Shown here: piece by piece, positions 50,501-60,749 of the stretch | Layout: each line of letters starts with the position of its first letter | Position numbering within the stretch: the first letter of the stretch is position 1 | Source of the DNA: Adineta vaga | Taxonomy: Eukaryota; Animalia; Rotifera | NCBI GenBank assembly: GCA_021613535.1 | Contig: CP075497.1 | Span: 1,054,001 to 1,118,000, forward strand | DNA length: 64,000 nucleotides | Reading direction: 5' to 3' | Made by a program: the position numbers and the translations under genes | Notes under the pieces: generated by a model | The model's database searches: none | What the model was told of the DNA's origin: nothing | The model's input: only the letters and a program-made list of their open reading frames with translations

Positions 50501-53500
50501 TGTAAGTAACTTACAAAATTCTTCAAATACTGCATCTTTAATTGTTACTTCATCTATTTGTAGTACTGCTTTACCTATTTCAATTTCTTCCTGTTCATCT
50601 CGAATTGTTTTTAAATTCAAATAATTATTTTCATCTTGTTGTAATAAAATAAATTGACCAGTGCCTTTATTTCCTGTTCTTGATGTTCGACCAACATTTT
50701 GTTGTTCAACTCGTTGATTTGGTGGTAAAAATGTAACCAAAACATGTAATCCACCATATTTTTCAATTTTATCAGCTCGAATGTCTGTTCCTCTACCAGC
50801 AATATTTGTAGCAATAATGATTTCACCCGATGTCAATTCTTCTTCGAGAATTTTCGATTCATCTCCTGTTCTATATGTTTTTATTTTTGATTGATCATAA
50901 TTCGCCTTAATCAATCGATTTTTAATTTCATCCACTTCTTGAATATATTTCGTAATTATTAATACACCTCGTCCATTTTTGAGTTTATTCATTGAACTTT
51001 CAATAATATTCTCATACCAATCATCGACATTATTCACAATAATTGGTGTTAATTCTTGATATTGTTTTTTTCTAAATGGTGGAATAATAACATTGTCTAC
51101 TTTATAAATTTCACTTAATAATTTTTGAGCAGCTTGACTACCAAGTGTACCTGTTAATCCAAAAAGATTTGAACCATATCGTCTGAAATAAGTTACATTT
51201 GAGATAAAATTCGTTGTAAAACTTTCGGCACAAATTTTAGCACCATGTTTCATCTGTAAAAATTGATGTAATCCATTACTCCAATGCATATTTGCTTGAA
51301 TAATTCCTGTATTACTTGCATCAACTGGTACAATCTTTCCATTTCTAAGAAGATAATGTTGTTGATTATGACATCGATATTTTGCATGAATTGCACTATC
51401 AATCCATTTGGTAAGTTGACATTCCAATATTAATTTTCTTAAATGTTCAGGAATTTTAATTTCAGGATATTTCTCTGGTATATTTTGATCAATATCTCGA
51501 ATTAATTTCCTTAGATGTTTTTCTGTACAATTTTTAATAAAATCTTCTTTTGATTCTTTAATTTCAACAGCTTGTGTAGCAATATCATATCTAATCTGAC
51601 CTTTATCATCAAATATATCAGGTTGTTCAATGAAATAAGTTTTACCATTAGTTTCTTCAATATATTTGGCAACTTCTCCAATCTGAATCCAAATTGCTGC
51701 TAAAAGTGGTTCTAAATTATCCATTGCCGGCATTTGAGATGATAACATCACAATATGATTTCTTTCATCAATTAACATTGAATCAACTTCATCAACAATT
51801 GCCACATCACATTTTCGACCATTTCGAGTACCTAATTTACTATATTCATCACGTAAAATATCACCTTGAAAATCACTTGCTGCACCATAAACAATATCAG
51901 CTGTATATCGTATTTTAATATCTACTAAATCTTTTCCATTATGAGATACAGTTAAATTGAATTGTTGATAAAATTCCTTTAATTGTATCGATTGTGGCTT
52001 AGCTAATTCAGGTGAACTTGTAACAACATCTACATGATGTCCATCAAGAGCTTTAATTGCAGCTAACATGGCTACAATTGTTGTTTTTCCTTCTCCAGTA
52101 TTGATTTGTACGAGACGTCCAGTTTTTTGTTCAGAATTTATCAATATCAACAGTGATAATACTTGAATTTCTCTTACAGGAAATTTGCTCGTAATTTCAA
52201 TTGCTTTCATTACAATGGCAATTTTTTCATGATGAGTAACGGAATTCGATGGTTTTTTAATGTCTTCTGTCCATTGTTGTATGTCTGATGTTGACCATTG
52301 TTGAATGCAATTAGAATTTGGATATAGAACAGATTTACCTCGATAAATACTTTGAATATTTTCATATTCTTCTGTAATTTTTTTCTCGTCAATAAATGAT
52401 ATTGTTTGATTTGGATTTAAATCTAAGATTTCTTCGATTAATTCTTGAAAGTTTTTATCATAAGAACGTTGAAATGTTTGAAATATCGCTAAATCATGTA
52501 TTTGTTCAGTTAAATCTTCTGATAAAATCGATGTTAAAATATCAATTAACATTTTTCCTTGAATATTATTATCAAATTCTTTTAAACGATATTCATAAAT
52601 TGGATCTAATGCATCAAATAAATGTTTGATATCTTCATTTGAATCAATATAATTAATTATTTGTTGTATTGATTTAAGTGTCCAACCAGAATGTAAAATT
52701 TTAATCAATTTTCCATGTAATTTCTTTATTAATTCACATTTGTTAATGTCAATTATTTGATTATTTAAATCTAAATTCTTATATAGAATTTGTTTATTTG
52801 TTGAATTGATTTCTACACAAATTTGATTTAAAATTTCTTCAATTTCATCATCAGATATTTCATTTATAAATTCCTTAACTGAATTTAATTTTCTTTTTTC
52901 AATTCCAATTAAATCTCGATCTAATATTTTCATTCGATTCTTTTCTGTACTATAAATTTCATTAATTTTCAATATATGTTTAATATTCTTCTTTAATTTA
53001 CTCTCTTGACGAAAATCAATTTCATTACCTTGAATTATTTCTGATGCTTCAATTACATACAAATATTCAGAATTATTTTTATTAATTAAATCTTCTTCTT
53101 GTGATAATAAACAAATTGATATACGTAATCCATTTTCAAATTTTTCAGTTTCATCAGTTGTTATTGGATATGTTACATGTTCATTATTTTCTAATAAATC
53201 TTTGATGAATTTTAATTCAACAGAATGATAATTGACCATTTTTCTTTGTTTATACGATTGAAATAAACTTAATACATAGATTTTCGGGAATTGTTTATGA
53301 CGAAGTTCAATAACTTGTTTTTGTGTAATAAAATTCCATTTGTCAAAATTATTAATAAATAATTTCTGTTTTTGTTTCGATAAATTTTCTGCCATAGATT
53401 TCATATTTGCAAGAGTAAATACTCCGCAATTATAATCATCAAATTGATCACATGATCGATGAAATTTGAAATTGACATTTTTTAATTGTTTAGTAAGAAT

Positions 53501-56500
53501 ATTTTGTATTTCTATTCGTTCTACAATGGAATGATGTTCACCCATCGAATCTTTGTATAATACAATATTTTCTTTCTTCTTTTCATTGTATATTAATGCT
53601 AAACTAATCCAATGATTATTCGCAATATTCAATGGAATAATCGTTGTTCGATGATCTTGTTTATATTCTTTTAAAACATCATATAGATTTCTTTCTTCTT
53701 GTTTTCCTAATGGTTGAGTAATTCGAAATTTAGTTCGATCAAATTCTTTCATCCATTCTATTAATATTATTGCTATATCTTCTGCTTTATAACAATATGT
53801 TGTTTCTGCTTGATTATATGCATTTTGTTCAATTGATGTTTTCTTTCTTCTAAAATGATAATTTTGAGTATCATGAAAATATTGTGAATAAAATGTAAAT
53901 TTCTTCGATAATAATATTTCAATTAATTGTTCATTGAATTTTAATTGTAAATTTTTTAAATTAATTTTATTTGATATTTTATTTATTAAAAAATATTCTT
54001 TACTTTCTATTGTTAAATTACAATTAAATAATTGAATAAAAAATTGAATTAATTCATCAATATTTGGATCTTCTATTAATTGAGATAAAACAAAATGAAT
54101 TATTTTTATTCTATATGGTAAATATTCATTTAATTTTCTTAATTGTTCAATATGAAATTGTTTCAATTGTTTCTTTAACCATAATTCACGTAATTTAATA
54201 AAACAAATTTGAAAATGACAATCATTCATTATAATATTCCATGCTTTGATTTCATTTAATTGAATTAACATTAATAAAACATCATTTAATATTTCAAGAT
54301 GAAATTGACATAGATTTTGTTTTTCAATTAATGATTCTAATAAATTTTCAATTGAATAAACATTTTGATCTTGTGTAAGAATAAATGTATTTAATAAATG
54401 AATATATTTACGAAAATTTTCTAATTCAAATATATCAACACCAGCAATGGAAGTTATTTCAAATGTTTTAACTAATAATTCACTACATAGAATTTCTTTT
54501 CGCCATTGTTTTCTATGAAATTTATGAAAAATATTTGTATCAATTCTTCTTCGATTGAAAACACTGTTGTTTAATGCACATAATAAACGAAATTTTTCTA
54601 AATTATTACAATCAGTAGTATTCGTATGATCCAAGGAAATAAATTCATCGATTGGTTTTAATTCATCAGGATGAACATCAAGTCGTTGTTTAAGTTTATT
54701 GTAATATGTTTGTAACCAAGTATTATCTGATGGATTTTCGTTAATAAATTTGTCTAAACTTTCAAATAGAAGTTTATTTAGGAGAAAATCTTGATTATCT
54801 TCTAATTCTAATGTACGACATTTTACTAAATCAATAATTGTTGTTTCTCGAGATATTTGAGAAGAATATTGTTGAAGTTCTTTTGATAAAATACGAGCAC
54901 AAAGAATTCTTATTTCAATACTTTCGTTTTTTTGTTCTAAAAGTTTTGCACATTTTTCTACGACTTTCATTGATATATTTTTCTTTTGTATAGCAATTTT
55001 TACTGTTGCATAAAATAAATACTTCTTTAATTTTTCATCTTTTTCTTCATCAATTAATAATAATTGTTCCCAAAGTTGTTTTATAATTTCCTCTGATAAT
55101 TCCATATTACGACTTAAACAAACAGCTAAAATTCCGATAACCATAACAGATTTGAGTAATTCGGTATGTTCAGTTATTCGATTGATATTTGTATTTGTTA
55201 GACCTTGTTTAAGATTTATTTCAAATAATATTTCACTTATCTTAGAACGTATATCATCGAAGTTCTGATCATGTTTATTTGTTAAGACATCAATTAAACA
55301 TTGAATTTGCTTCTCACTGATGCCATATCCTTCTTGAACAAGTTTTCTTAAGTTTTCTAATGCAGTTGTATTAAAATCTAAGATTTGACAGCATTCAAGT
55401 TTGTATAATTCATCCGGTAGAAAAGATTCAATCGTAGTACCATCATTTTTATATTTTAAAATTTGTATATCATGTTGATCACATTCAATTATTGAATTTT
55501 TGATCATTTTCACAATACTCTCACGAACTTCATCATGTATTGTGCGAAAAGCAACTTCTAACAGATATGGTAATTTATCAGAAAGTAAGTTTTCATTTTG
55601 TTTTACGTTAGATATTTGAATTAATAATATCAATACTTGTTTAGATGTTTCGTTAACATAAACATCGTGAGTTTGAATTCGATCTATTATCATTGGTAGA
55701 AATACTATTAAATTTTCATTTTGTGGATCTTTAATTATAAATTGAGTAATGTCATCAATGGAAATATTATGATCATGTTCAATAGATCTTCCAATTTCAA
55801 TCCAATCAATATTAAAATCATGTGGTAATATTTTAATCAATACTTTGAAGGCATCGCTTCTTAAATCGATATCATATTTAATTAATGATTGTAATATATT
55901 GATAGTATCTAATGTAGAATTTTCTTCTTCTTTGATTAAATTTTCCAAAGCAATTTTTCGTATTTCTAAATCATTCCGTGAATTTTTCAATAAATTTAAA
56001 TTTCGTGAATAATTATTGTTGTTTTCGGACATGTTGAGTCGATCAAGAATAGATTTTGAAATATCATATCCATTTTGATATTCAGCGTATAATAAATCGA
56101 AAATATCGTTACGAAAATTTGATAGATGTTGTAAAATAAATTCGTCGATATTCGGAATATTTTTCAAACTCATTTGTTTAGTCTTAACTAATGATTTACT
56201 TAACGAAATTATGTTCTTAGCTGTAGACGTGTCTAATAATGATAATTCTATGTACTCATGACATTTTTCAATGAAAAATTTTGGTAAAATCTGTATTTCT
56301 AATTCAATAATTTCGATGATCAGTTCAAGTTTTTCATTCATATGAAAATATTTCGTTAACTTTTCAAAACAATTCAATGTGAGTCGATTTTTCTTTTTAA
56401 CATATTCTAAACAATCATCAACTATACTCGAATCATCACTTAAACACTTGTTTTCTAATCGAATAGCGTCACTAATATATGCAATATCAATATCTATACA

Positions 56501-57433
56501 TTGTTGTAGAATTTTCAATGTATCATCTCTCACTTGTTTATCTTCATTTTCAATCAATATTCGATAGAAATATTTTAGTACACTTGGATATTCTCGTAAA
56601 ATCAATTTTCTACTCAGATCTTCAATTAATTTTCGTTGATCAAATGGTATTGTTGGTAATATTTCATCTAATGTTCTCTCTATATCGCTAAATTTAGACA
56701 TGTCGATGAACTTAAATATTTTTATAATAGCTAATGATACTTCTATATTTTCAGTTATTTGTCCTGCTTCTATGAGCTTTTTCAGTGCTCCTAATGAGAG
56801 TTTGTCTCGATTAGATAATTCCGCATTCTCTGCTATGTATCCAAGTAGAATAATTAAATCATTGATATTAATCATTTTACTAGCTTCTACTTTTCTAGTA
56901 CAATAGTCTAGTTCATATAGAACATCATCGAGTTCATAAATGATATCCATAGCTTTATCACAATCGACTGTACTATTTAATTCGTATTCTAATTGAATTC
57001 TCGTATTGTTCAAAGTGTTCTGTTTATTAGTATCTTCGAACTGTTTGAGTAGAATATCTAAGTTGTTGAATGATAACAAATCTGGAATTAATTTTCTTAT
57101 ATTAGTCAACCATGTTAATCGATCATTTAGTGCAAGACCTAACTCATTCGCCACTTGAATATTTCTACTATCGGTACGTAATGTCTCATCGATTTCATCA
57201 ATCTTCTCTATGTATCGATCATTTTCTTTACGAAAGAATTTCTTCATTTCCTCTTGGATACTTTTCTCAAACGCTTGTCCTCTCTCCTTCAAAATTACAA
57301 ACAAATCGATGACGATATCTCTCAAATCAATTTTATCCTGGTCTCGCGGTGAAAAATTCTTATTTTCTAACGTAGCACTTAACTTCATTAATTGTTTATC
57401 TTGGAGTTTATATGCCTCGTCCTTATCAATCAC
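47504..57433 (-). CDS. Giant SecA-like ATPase polyprotein (helical repeats, Ulp1/C48 peptidase, SecA DEAD, TPR, hydrophobic segment, OTU-like, C-terminal toxin-like domain)
   Basis: 3309-aa uninterrupted ORF. SecA motifs QINTGEGKTT, DEVDSMLID, GLHQFLQMKH, GLTGTLG, ATNIAGRGTDI, GGLHV, RVEQQNVGRTSRTG. C48 motifs NNHWISL..KDSMG..QFDDYNCG. Confidence 0.9.
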   Translation of the reverse strand: MIDKDEAYKLQDKQLMKLSATLENKNFSPRDQDKIDLRDIVIDLFVILKERGQAFEKSIQEEMKKFFRKENDRYIEKIDEIDETLRTDSRNIQVANELGLALNDRLTWLTNIRKLIPDLLSFNNLDILLKQFEDTNKQNTLNNTRIQLEYELNSTVDCDKAMDIIYELDDVLYELDYCTRKVEASKMININDLIILLGYIAENAELSNRDKLSLGALKKLIEAGQITENIEVSLAIIKIFKFIDMSKFSDIERTLDEILPTIPFDQRKLIEDLSRKLILREYPSVLKYFYRILIENEDKQVRDDTLKILQQCIDIDIAYISDAIRLENKCLSDDSSIVDDCLEYVKKKNRLTLNCFEKLTKYFHMNEKLELIIEIIELEIQILPKFFIEKCHEYIELSLLDTSTAKNIISLSKSLVKTKQMSLKNIPNIDEFILQHLSNFRNDIFDLLYAEYQNGYDISKSILDRLNMSENNNNYSRNLNLLKNSRNDLEIRKIALENLIKEEENSTLDTINILQSLIKYDIDLRSDAFKVLIKILPHDFNIDWIEIGRSIEHDHNISIDDITQFIIKDPQNENLIVFLPMIIDRIQTHDVYVNETSKQVLILLIQISNVKQNENLLSDKLPYLLEVAFRTIHDEVRESIVKMIKNSIIECDQHDIQILKYKNDGTTIESFLPDELYKLECCQILDFNTTALENLRKLVQEGYGISEKQIQCLIDVLTNKHDQNFDDIRSKISEILFEINLKQGLTNTNINRITEHTELLKSVMVIGILAVCLSRNMELSEEIIKQLWEQLLLIDEEKDEKLKKYLFYATVKIAIQKKNISMKVVEKCAKLLEQKNESIEIRILCARILSKELQQYSSQISRETTIIDLVKCRTLELEDNQDFLLNKLLFESLDKFINENPSDNTWLQTYYNKLKQRLDVHPDELKPIDEFISLDHTNTTDCNNLEKFRLLCALNNSVFNRRRIDTNIFHKFHRKQWRKEILCSELLVKTFEITSIAGVDIFELENFRKYIHLLNTFILTQDQNVYSIENLLESLIEKQNLCQFHLEILNDVLLMLIQLNEIKAWNIIMNDCHFQICFIKLRELWLKKQLKQFHIEQLRKLNEYLPYRIKIIHFVLSQLIEDPNIDELIQFFIQLFNCNLTIESKEYFLINKISNKINLKNLQLKFNEQLIEILLSKKFTFYSQYFHDTQNYHFRRKKTSIEQNAYNQAETTYCYKAEDIAIILIEWMKEFDRTKFRITQPLGKQEERNLYDVLKEYKQDHRTTIIPLNIANNHWISLALIYNEKKKENIVLYKDSMGEHHSIVERIEIQNILTKQLKNVNFKFHRSCDQFDDYNCGVFTLANMKSMAENLSKQKQKLFINNFDKWNFITQKQVIELRHKQFPKIYVLSLFQSYKQRKMVNYHSVELKFIKDLLENNEHVTYPITTDETEKFENGLRISICLLSQEEDLINKNNSEYLYVIEASEIIQGNEIDFRQESKLKKNIKHILKINEIYSTEKNRMKILDRDLIGIEKRKLNSVKEFINEISDDEIEEILNQICVEINSTNKQILYKNLDLNNQIIDINKCELIKKLHGKLIKILHSGWTLKSIQQIINYIDSNEDIKHLFDALDPIYEYRLKEFDNNIQGKMLIDILTSILSEDLTEQIHDLAIFQTFQRSYDKNFQELIEEILDLNPNQTISFIDEKKITEEYENIQSIYRGKSVLYPNSNCIQQWSTSDIQQWTEDIKKPSNSVTHHEKIAIVMKAIEITSKFPVREIQVLSLLILINSEQKTGRLVQINTGEGKTTIVAMLAAIKALDGHHVDVVTSSPELAKPQSIQLKEFYQQFNLTVSHNGKDLVDIKIRYTADIVYGAASDFQGDILRDEYSKLGTRNGRKCDVAIVDEVDSMLIDERNHIVMLSSQMPAMDNLEPLLAAIWIQIGEVAKYIEETNGKTYFIEQPDIFDDKGQIRYDIATQAVEIKESKEDFIKNCTEKHLRKLIRDIDQNIPEKYPEIKIPEHLRKLILECQLTKWIDSAIHAKYRCHNQQHYLLRNGKIVPVDASNTGIIQANMHWSNGLHQFLQMKHGAKICAESFTTNFISNVTYFRRYGSNLFGLTGTLGSQAAQKLLSEIYKVDNVIIPPFRKKQYQELTPIIVNNVDDWYENIIESSMNKLKNGRGVLIITKYIQEVDEIKNRLIKANYDQSKIKTYRTGDESKILEEELTSGEIIIATNIAGRGTDIRADKIEKYGGLHVLVTFLPPNQRVEQQNVGRTSRTGNKGTGQFILLQQDENNYLNLKTIRDEQEEIEIGKAVLQIDEVTIKDAVFEEFCKLLTNINGNDDIQTKEKKIKLRAVEDRFGIWLKMQESTKTITKDEMLRKFKEFEQEILKDNAENTLIRNPCFHVLIGNECLKKKDAGKNQEAIEEFTKAIKLDEHFQVNAYYNRGYALLAEYGKDCKRNKDKIDAAIKDFKRAKQIIEENLEPMLHVIQQTSISDALSEQLRCKMLLFSIQKYTIELAIGNTIEEVNNEEQEHGCIDQARKDNYDIEVEYLDIEQLLPRDQDITLYSDEIEEYRNNGFFGSFKIKGLKPIDWSAVIIVASLGIVQIVAGAALAVYTAGIGSAIGTALIAEGVSDLIIIVQRGIINRDFDWKSYGIQKAISLTVAIVCVGFGAMLDVAKTVLAGVSSIGTVMTTTVKTGWILAAKAIAAGLAKGIAKELITQLVDHGVSKSLMPIIQDEVMKRVEKPIQNALLINHQVKKMLQLDEKNRNNYYERLIRQKAMKLFHSTEQQSALKTITIGIVKGIATQKISGLSAVLKAVQVKQTLEELDKFVPNFIEKLNEVVENIYKEEKLDEKETQNYKKLEQQQQQHTTSEQKRRICMKEEDTLTYVSTYIPETSSKDIDLKNVPEPEQVNLGRENKSFDDLYRALARNVSQHICNIIQRKLIVLVTDVGINHSMTLLTADLDRNIQFQINNYQAQRRIEFFQDGDRNNRIPNEFKYGADDPKAVKKVEDMVRDLKDGGEAGLPHLGSLSDETGRSIKVFDDKGQVIRIIGENKSGDPIEVQYHKPTIDNPQGHWTLPDSQEPMIRNGDQNNCLFNVIAQQTGKDPNQLRNDIAIRMENNKANLANQAHDIERLEQYKKDALIMGGFKHHLGEERFVLDGSQGVKPHGSNAAGHPNDHIQGNLSHDKIAKKQNHTNFVNKNDQTKCFREGMEYIIGNQCLSQDPQFVKAEVTFPLKEPVLITDSAKNKDTTYALADKATLVLHNKINDQNEPDLCGPTHLQTIFGHPASSESSPNYKLTVTRINSQTKIKEVETTTHIPDDQWPTPKNK

Positions 57434-58128
57434 TCTCGCAAAGCTGACAGAATTTTCTGTAACGCAGGCTTCAGACGAAATTTGAAATCATCACTTAGTC
57501 CTATCTCTACTATCAGTCTATCGAAATTGTTCGTAACACTAGAAGCAGTACAAAATTTCATCTTTTGGAATCGTTTTGCGCACAGCTTTTTACTTTTACA
57601 AACATTCTTTAATATCATCAAGTTCGCAAATGCTATAGAAATATCGCTACCACTCACCAAATATCCTTCTTTCTGATTATGCTCAACGAAATCAATTTCT
57701 GAATTTGTACCCAATGTTGCTGTAATCTTTTCTTTAAATCTCTGTTTTTCCGAGTCATATTCTGTTGTATCCAATGAATCCTTCATGAATATTGTAATCT
57801 TTCCATTCTCTGGTACTAAACCGAATGTGAACCAATGTTCTTTATGATTGCGAATAAATGTGTCTTTTTGTTTTTTAATTTCACATATGGCAAACAGACC
57901 AGCTGGACTCTTCTTAATGTATTCTTTGATTTTACTGTCGATATCGGAGCAACTATCAAGTATGTATTTCTTAATACTATTTTGCAACGAAACAGCATTG
58001 AATGTATGATCAGTGATATAAAGAATTTGAAATCGAGCTCCTTCAAATTGCTGTGTATTAGTTAACGAAACATCGGATGGTACTGATTGTGTGGATGCTG
58101 ACGAACGATCTCGTCCACTGTTCGACAT
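57430..58128 (-). CDS. 232-aa ORF with a degenerate Ulp1/C48-like domain; probably the N-terminus of the SecA-like gene (frameshifted)
   Basis: ATG start. HWFTFGLV..IFMKDSL..Q..FANL parallels HWISLALI..LYKDSMG..Q..LANM in the giant ORF but lacks the catalytic Cys. Its TGA overlaps the GTG of the next ORF. Confidence 0.7.
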   Translation of the reverse strand: MSNSGRDRSSASTQSVPSDVSLTNTQQFEGARFQILYITDHTFNAVSLQNSIKKYILDSCSDIDSKIKEYIKKSPAGLFAICEIKKQKDTFIRNHKEHWFTFGLVPENGKITIFMKDSLDTTEYDSEKQRFKEKITATLGTNSEIDFVEHNQKEGYLVSGSDISIAFANLMILKNVCKSKKLCAKRFQKMKFCTASSVTNNFDRLIVEIGLSDDFKFRLKPALQKILSALRE

Positions 58129-59375
58129 AAAGTATGATACGATCAGATAATTATTTTGTTAAAATTAAAGATCTTCGTTAATCGATGTGAACTATATAGA
58201 ACATATTATTGATTCTTCAAGAAAGTCTAGAGTAAAAAATGTATGAAAGATACTCGGGAAATGTTCGCTTTAGTTGAATGACAGTATTTAGCTTATTCAA
58301 AAAGAACAGGTCTAAATTATGGGAATTCTTTTAAGGAGCAGACCTCATACAATTACAATTAGTACACAAACGAGAAACAGACAAAAAATCGCTAAGAAAA
58401 TTGTAAAAAAGTGTTACATACTCGACTCACGTCGGTTTTTGTTTATGTTGTGTGTCAAAAAAAAACAATAAGTAAATCTAGAATAAAAAAATCTTTGAAT
58501 TCATTTTCTAGTGCCTTCTATATATTCAATACAATAGATCGAAACAATGATTAATTATTATTACAAAAAATTTCAAATTATCATCATTCATATTTGTGGC
58601 ATTTCATTGAGCAATAGTCAAACACCGATTGCTAGAATAATTGACTGATGCAATCCGATCTAATTTGTTTTACAACTTCATCTTTTACGGCTGTTTTGTA
58701 CGTTCTTCTACTGGAAATTCCAATAAAAGATAATTAATTTGAATACCCGATTCTAAATGAAATACTTGCGAAAGTTCGTTATTACAAAGCAACGTAAAGA
58801 ATAATCGAACATGATGTAGATTGTCCCAATCTGCTCTTATTGCCATCAAACACCTTGCTTCCTGATTTGTATGCCCAAAAAGTAATCGTTCAAGATGGTT
58901 TTGTCTAAGATATACAGTGATGCTGAGCGACGAAGGAAGTTTGTGATGATTAATGTTTTTTTCCAGTTTGTCAGATTTTCTCACTGATAAATAGCGTATC
59001 CAGTTGTTTCACTGTATTACAGAGATAACACCTAGAAACATTTGGATTGGGAAAATATATTGTTGCAGCTGACGATTTCTTGCTTCAATGAGCCAATAAT
59101 GGATCGACGACGCAGTCATTTGCGTATCTGGATAAGTGAACTTCATTCTTCCATTCAATTCACTTGGACGCTGCGCTACAGGAGATTTTACTTTACATGC
59201 AGAATACAAAAATAGAGCTGAGTACAAAAAAACGGACAATCAAAAACTTGAAAAACAATTAAATACAACAAAAAAGAAAACAACACATTGATCAGTTTAA
59301 CAATAGAAAATAAAATAGAACTAAACAATCAGCACTACTAAGAATACTACTGCGATTTGTCTATTTTCCGTTCTC

Positions 59376-60749
59376 TTACTTCAGTTGCATGATACGATTC
59401 TTTTCCGTTTCCTTTTCCAATCGAATCAAATTTCGCTCTTTATAATCAGGAGACCACGTATCGTTCATTATCATTTCCATTGCTTCGTCGAAAGTATTAG
59501 TTTTATCTGGAAAGCGATCTCTCGCGAAGTCTATTGCCTGTTCCGCTTCCGTATACGCTTTATTTTTTATGAATGCATCTATCACCAATACGAATGAATT
59601 GTGAATAACATCTAGAATCTTCTTCGAAGCAGCAGCCTGGAACTTTTCAGCTGCTTCTTGATATTTTCCAAGTGCTTCTTCTATTTTATAAATTGCTTCT
59701 TTTGCTCTTCCTTTTTTAAATAATCTTAATCCTTTTTTATTTAACTCTAGAGCGTCTTTTTCTGCTCTTTGTTCTTTTGTGGTCTTTTGTTCAGCGGGTC
59801 TCAGCGCTACGACTCTCTGTTCCGTGACTCTCTGCTGTTCGGCGGCTCTCCGAGCTTCTGCGACTTTCACTGCTGCCATTCTTCGTCTTGGTTTCGCTGC
59901 AACTGTTTGCTCCTTACTACTATCCACGCTACTACTATTTCTTCGTCTTGGTTCTACTGCAACCACCTCCTCCTCGCTACTACTATTTCTTCGTCTTGGT
60001 TTTACTGCAACCACCTCCTCCTCGCTACTACTATTTCTTCGTCTTGGTTCTACTGCAACCACCTCCTCCTCGCTACTACTATTTCTTCGTCTTGGTTCTA
60101 CTGCAACCACCTCCTCCTCGCTACTACTATTTCTTCGTCTTGGTTTTACTACAACCGCCTCCTCCTCGCTACTACTATTTCTTCGTCTTGGTTCTACTGC
60201 AACCACCTCCTCCCCGCTACTACTATTTCTTCGTCTTGGTTTTACTGCAACCGCCTCCTCCTCGCTACTACTATTTCTTCGTCTTGGTTTTACTGCAACC
60301 ACCTCGTCCTCGCTGATATCCTCGCTAATATCCTCGCTAATATCCGCGCTGCTATCCTCGCTACTACTGTTTTTTCTTTGGTTTTTATCGCTACTATCGG
60401 TGGTAGTTTGCTTGTCGATAGTCTTGTCGGATTCCTTGTCGCTAGAGCTTGTGCATTGGCAGCGCTTACAAGTTAGATGGGCAGTATGGTCTGGAAGACA
60501 AGAATCGATAATTGGACTACATTTGCCACATTGGGAACAAAGAGTGCAACTGCGGTCCCCATCTGATAAGAATGACCTACGCACGTTTTCATAGGTGGTG
60601 CCGTAGTTCCCACCAATACCTGACGTTCGTGATGTTGCTAGCCCATAGGTAGAAGCAACTATGGTTATAGGATTTGACGAGTTGGTAAGCGGCGTTCGAT
60701 CATGCGCACTCGTGGTTTCGAAAGTATGGAATCCACTGTTCATCTTCAT
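59376..60749 (-). CDS. 457-aa protein: Cys/His cluster, 16-aa tandem repeats, C-terminal TPR-like helices
   Basis: Single ATG-stop ORF. CTLCSQCGKC..C..H..H..CKRCQC; (PRRRNSSSEEEVVAVE/K)n; ALELNKKGLRLFKKGRAKEAIYKIEEAL is TPR-like. Confidence 0.7.
   Translation of the reverse strand: MKMNSGFHTFETTSAHDRTPLTNSSNPITIVASTYGLATSRTSGIGGNYGTTYENVRRSFLSDGDRSCTLCSQCGKCSPIIDSCLPDHTAHLTCKRCQCTSSSDKESDKTIDKQTTTDSSDKNQRKNSSSEDSSADISEDISEDISEDEVVAVKPRRRNSSSEEEAVAVKPRRRNSSSGEEVVAVEPRRRNSSSEEEAVVVKPRRRNSSSEEEVVAVEPRRRNSSSEEEVVAVEPRRRNSSSEEEVVAVKPRRRNSSSEEEVVAVEPRRRNSSSVDSSKEQTVAAKPRRRMAAVKVAEARRAAEQQRVTEQRVVALRPAEQKTTKEQRAEKDALELNKKGLRLFKKGRAKEAIYKIEEALGKYQEAAEKFQAAASKKILDVIHNSFVLVIDAFIKNKAYTEAEQAIDFARDRFPDKTNTFDEAMEMIMNDTWSPDYKERNLIRLEKETEKNRIMQLK
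59881..60313. repeat. Coding 48-bp tandem repeat, ~8 copies plus one variant
   Basis: Unit CTTCGTCTTGGTT(C/T)TACTGCAACC(A/G)CCTCCTCCTCGCTACTACTATTT. Confidence 0.95.

Noticed and set aside
47504-57433. Calling this the housekeeping secA gene of a bacterial contaminant
   Set aside because: It is more than three times canonical size, carries unrelated domains, has no bacterial operon neighbours, and is contiguous with intron-containing genes.
59769-60594. Three long plus-strand ORFs
   Set aside because: Antisense shadows of the stop-free 48-bp repeat; the minus-strand ORF has the plausible domain content.
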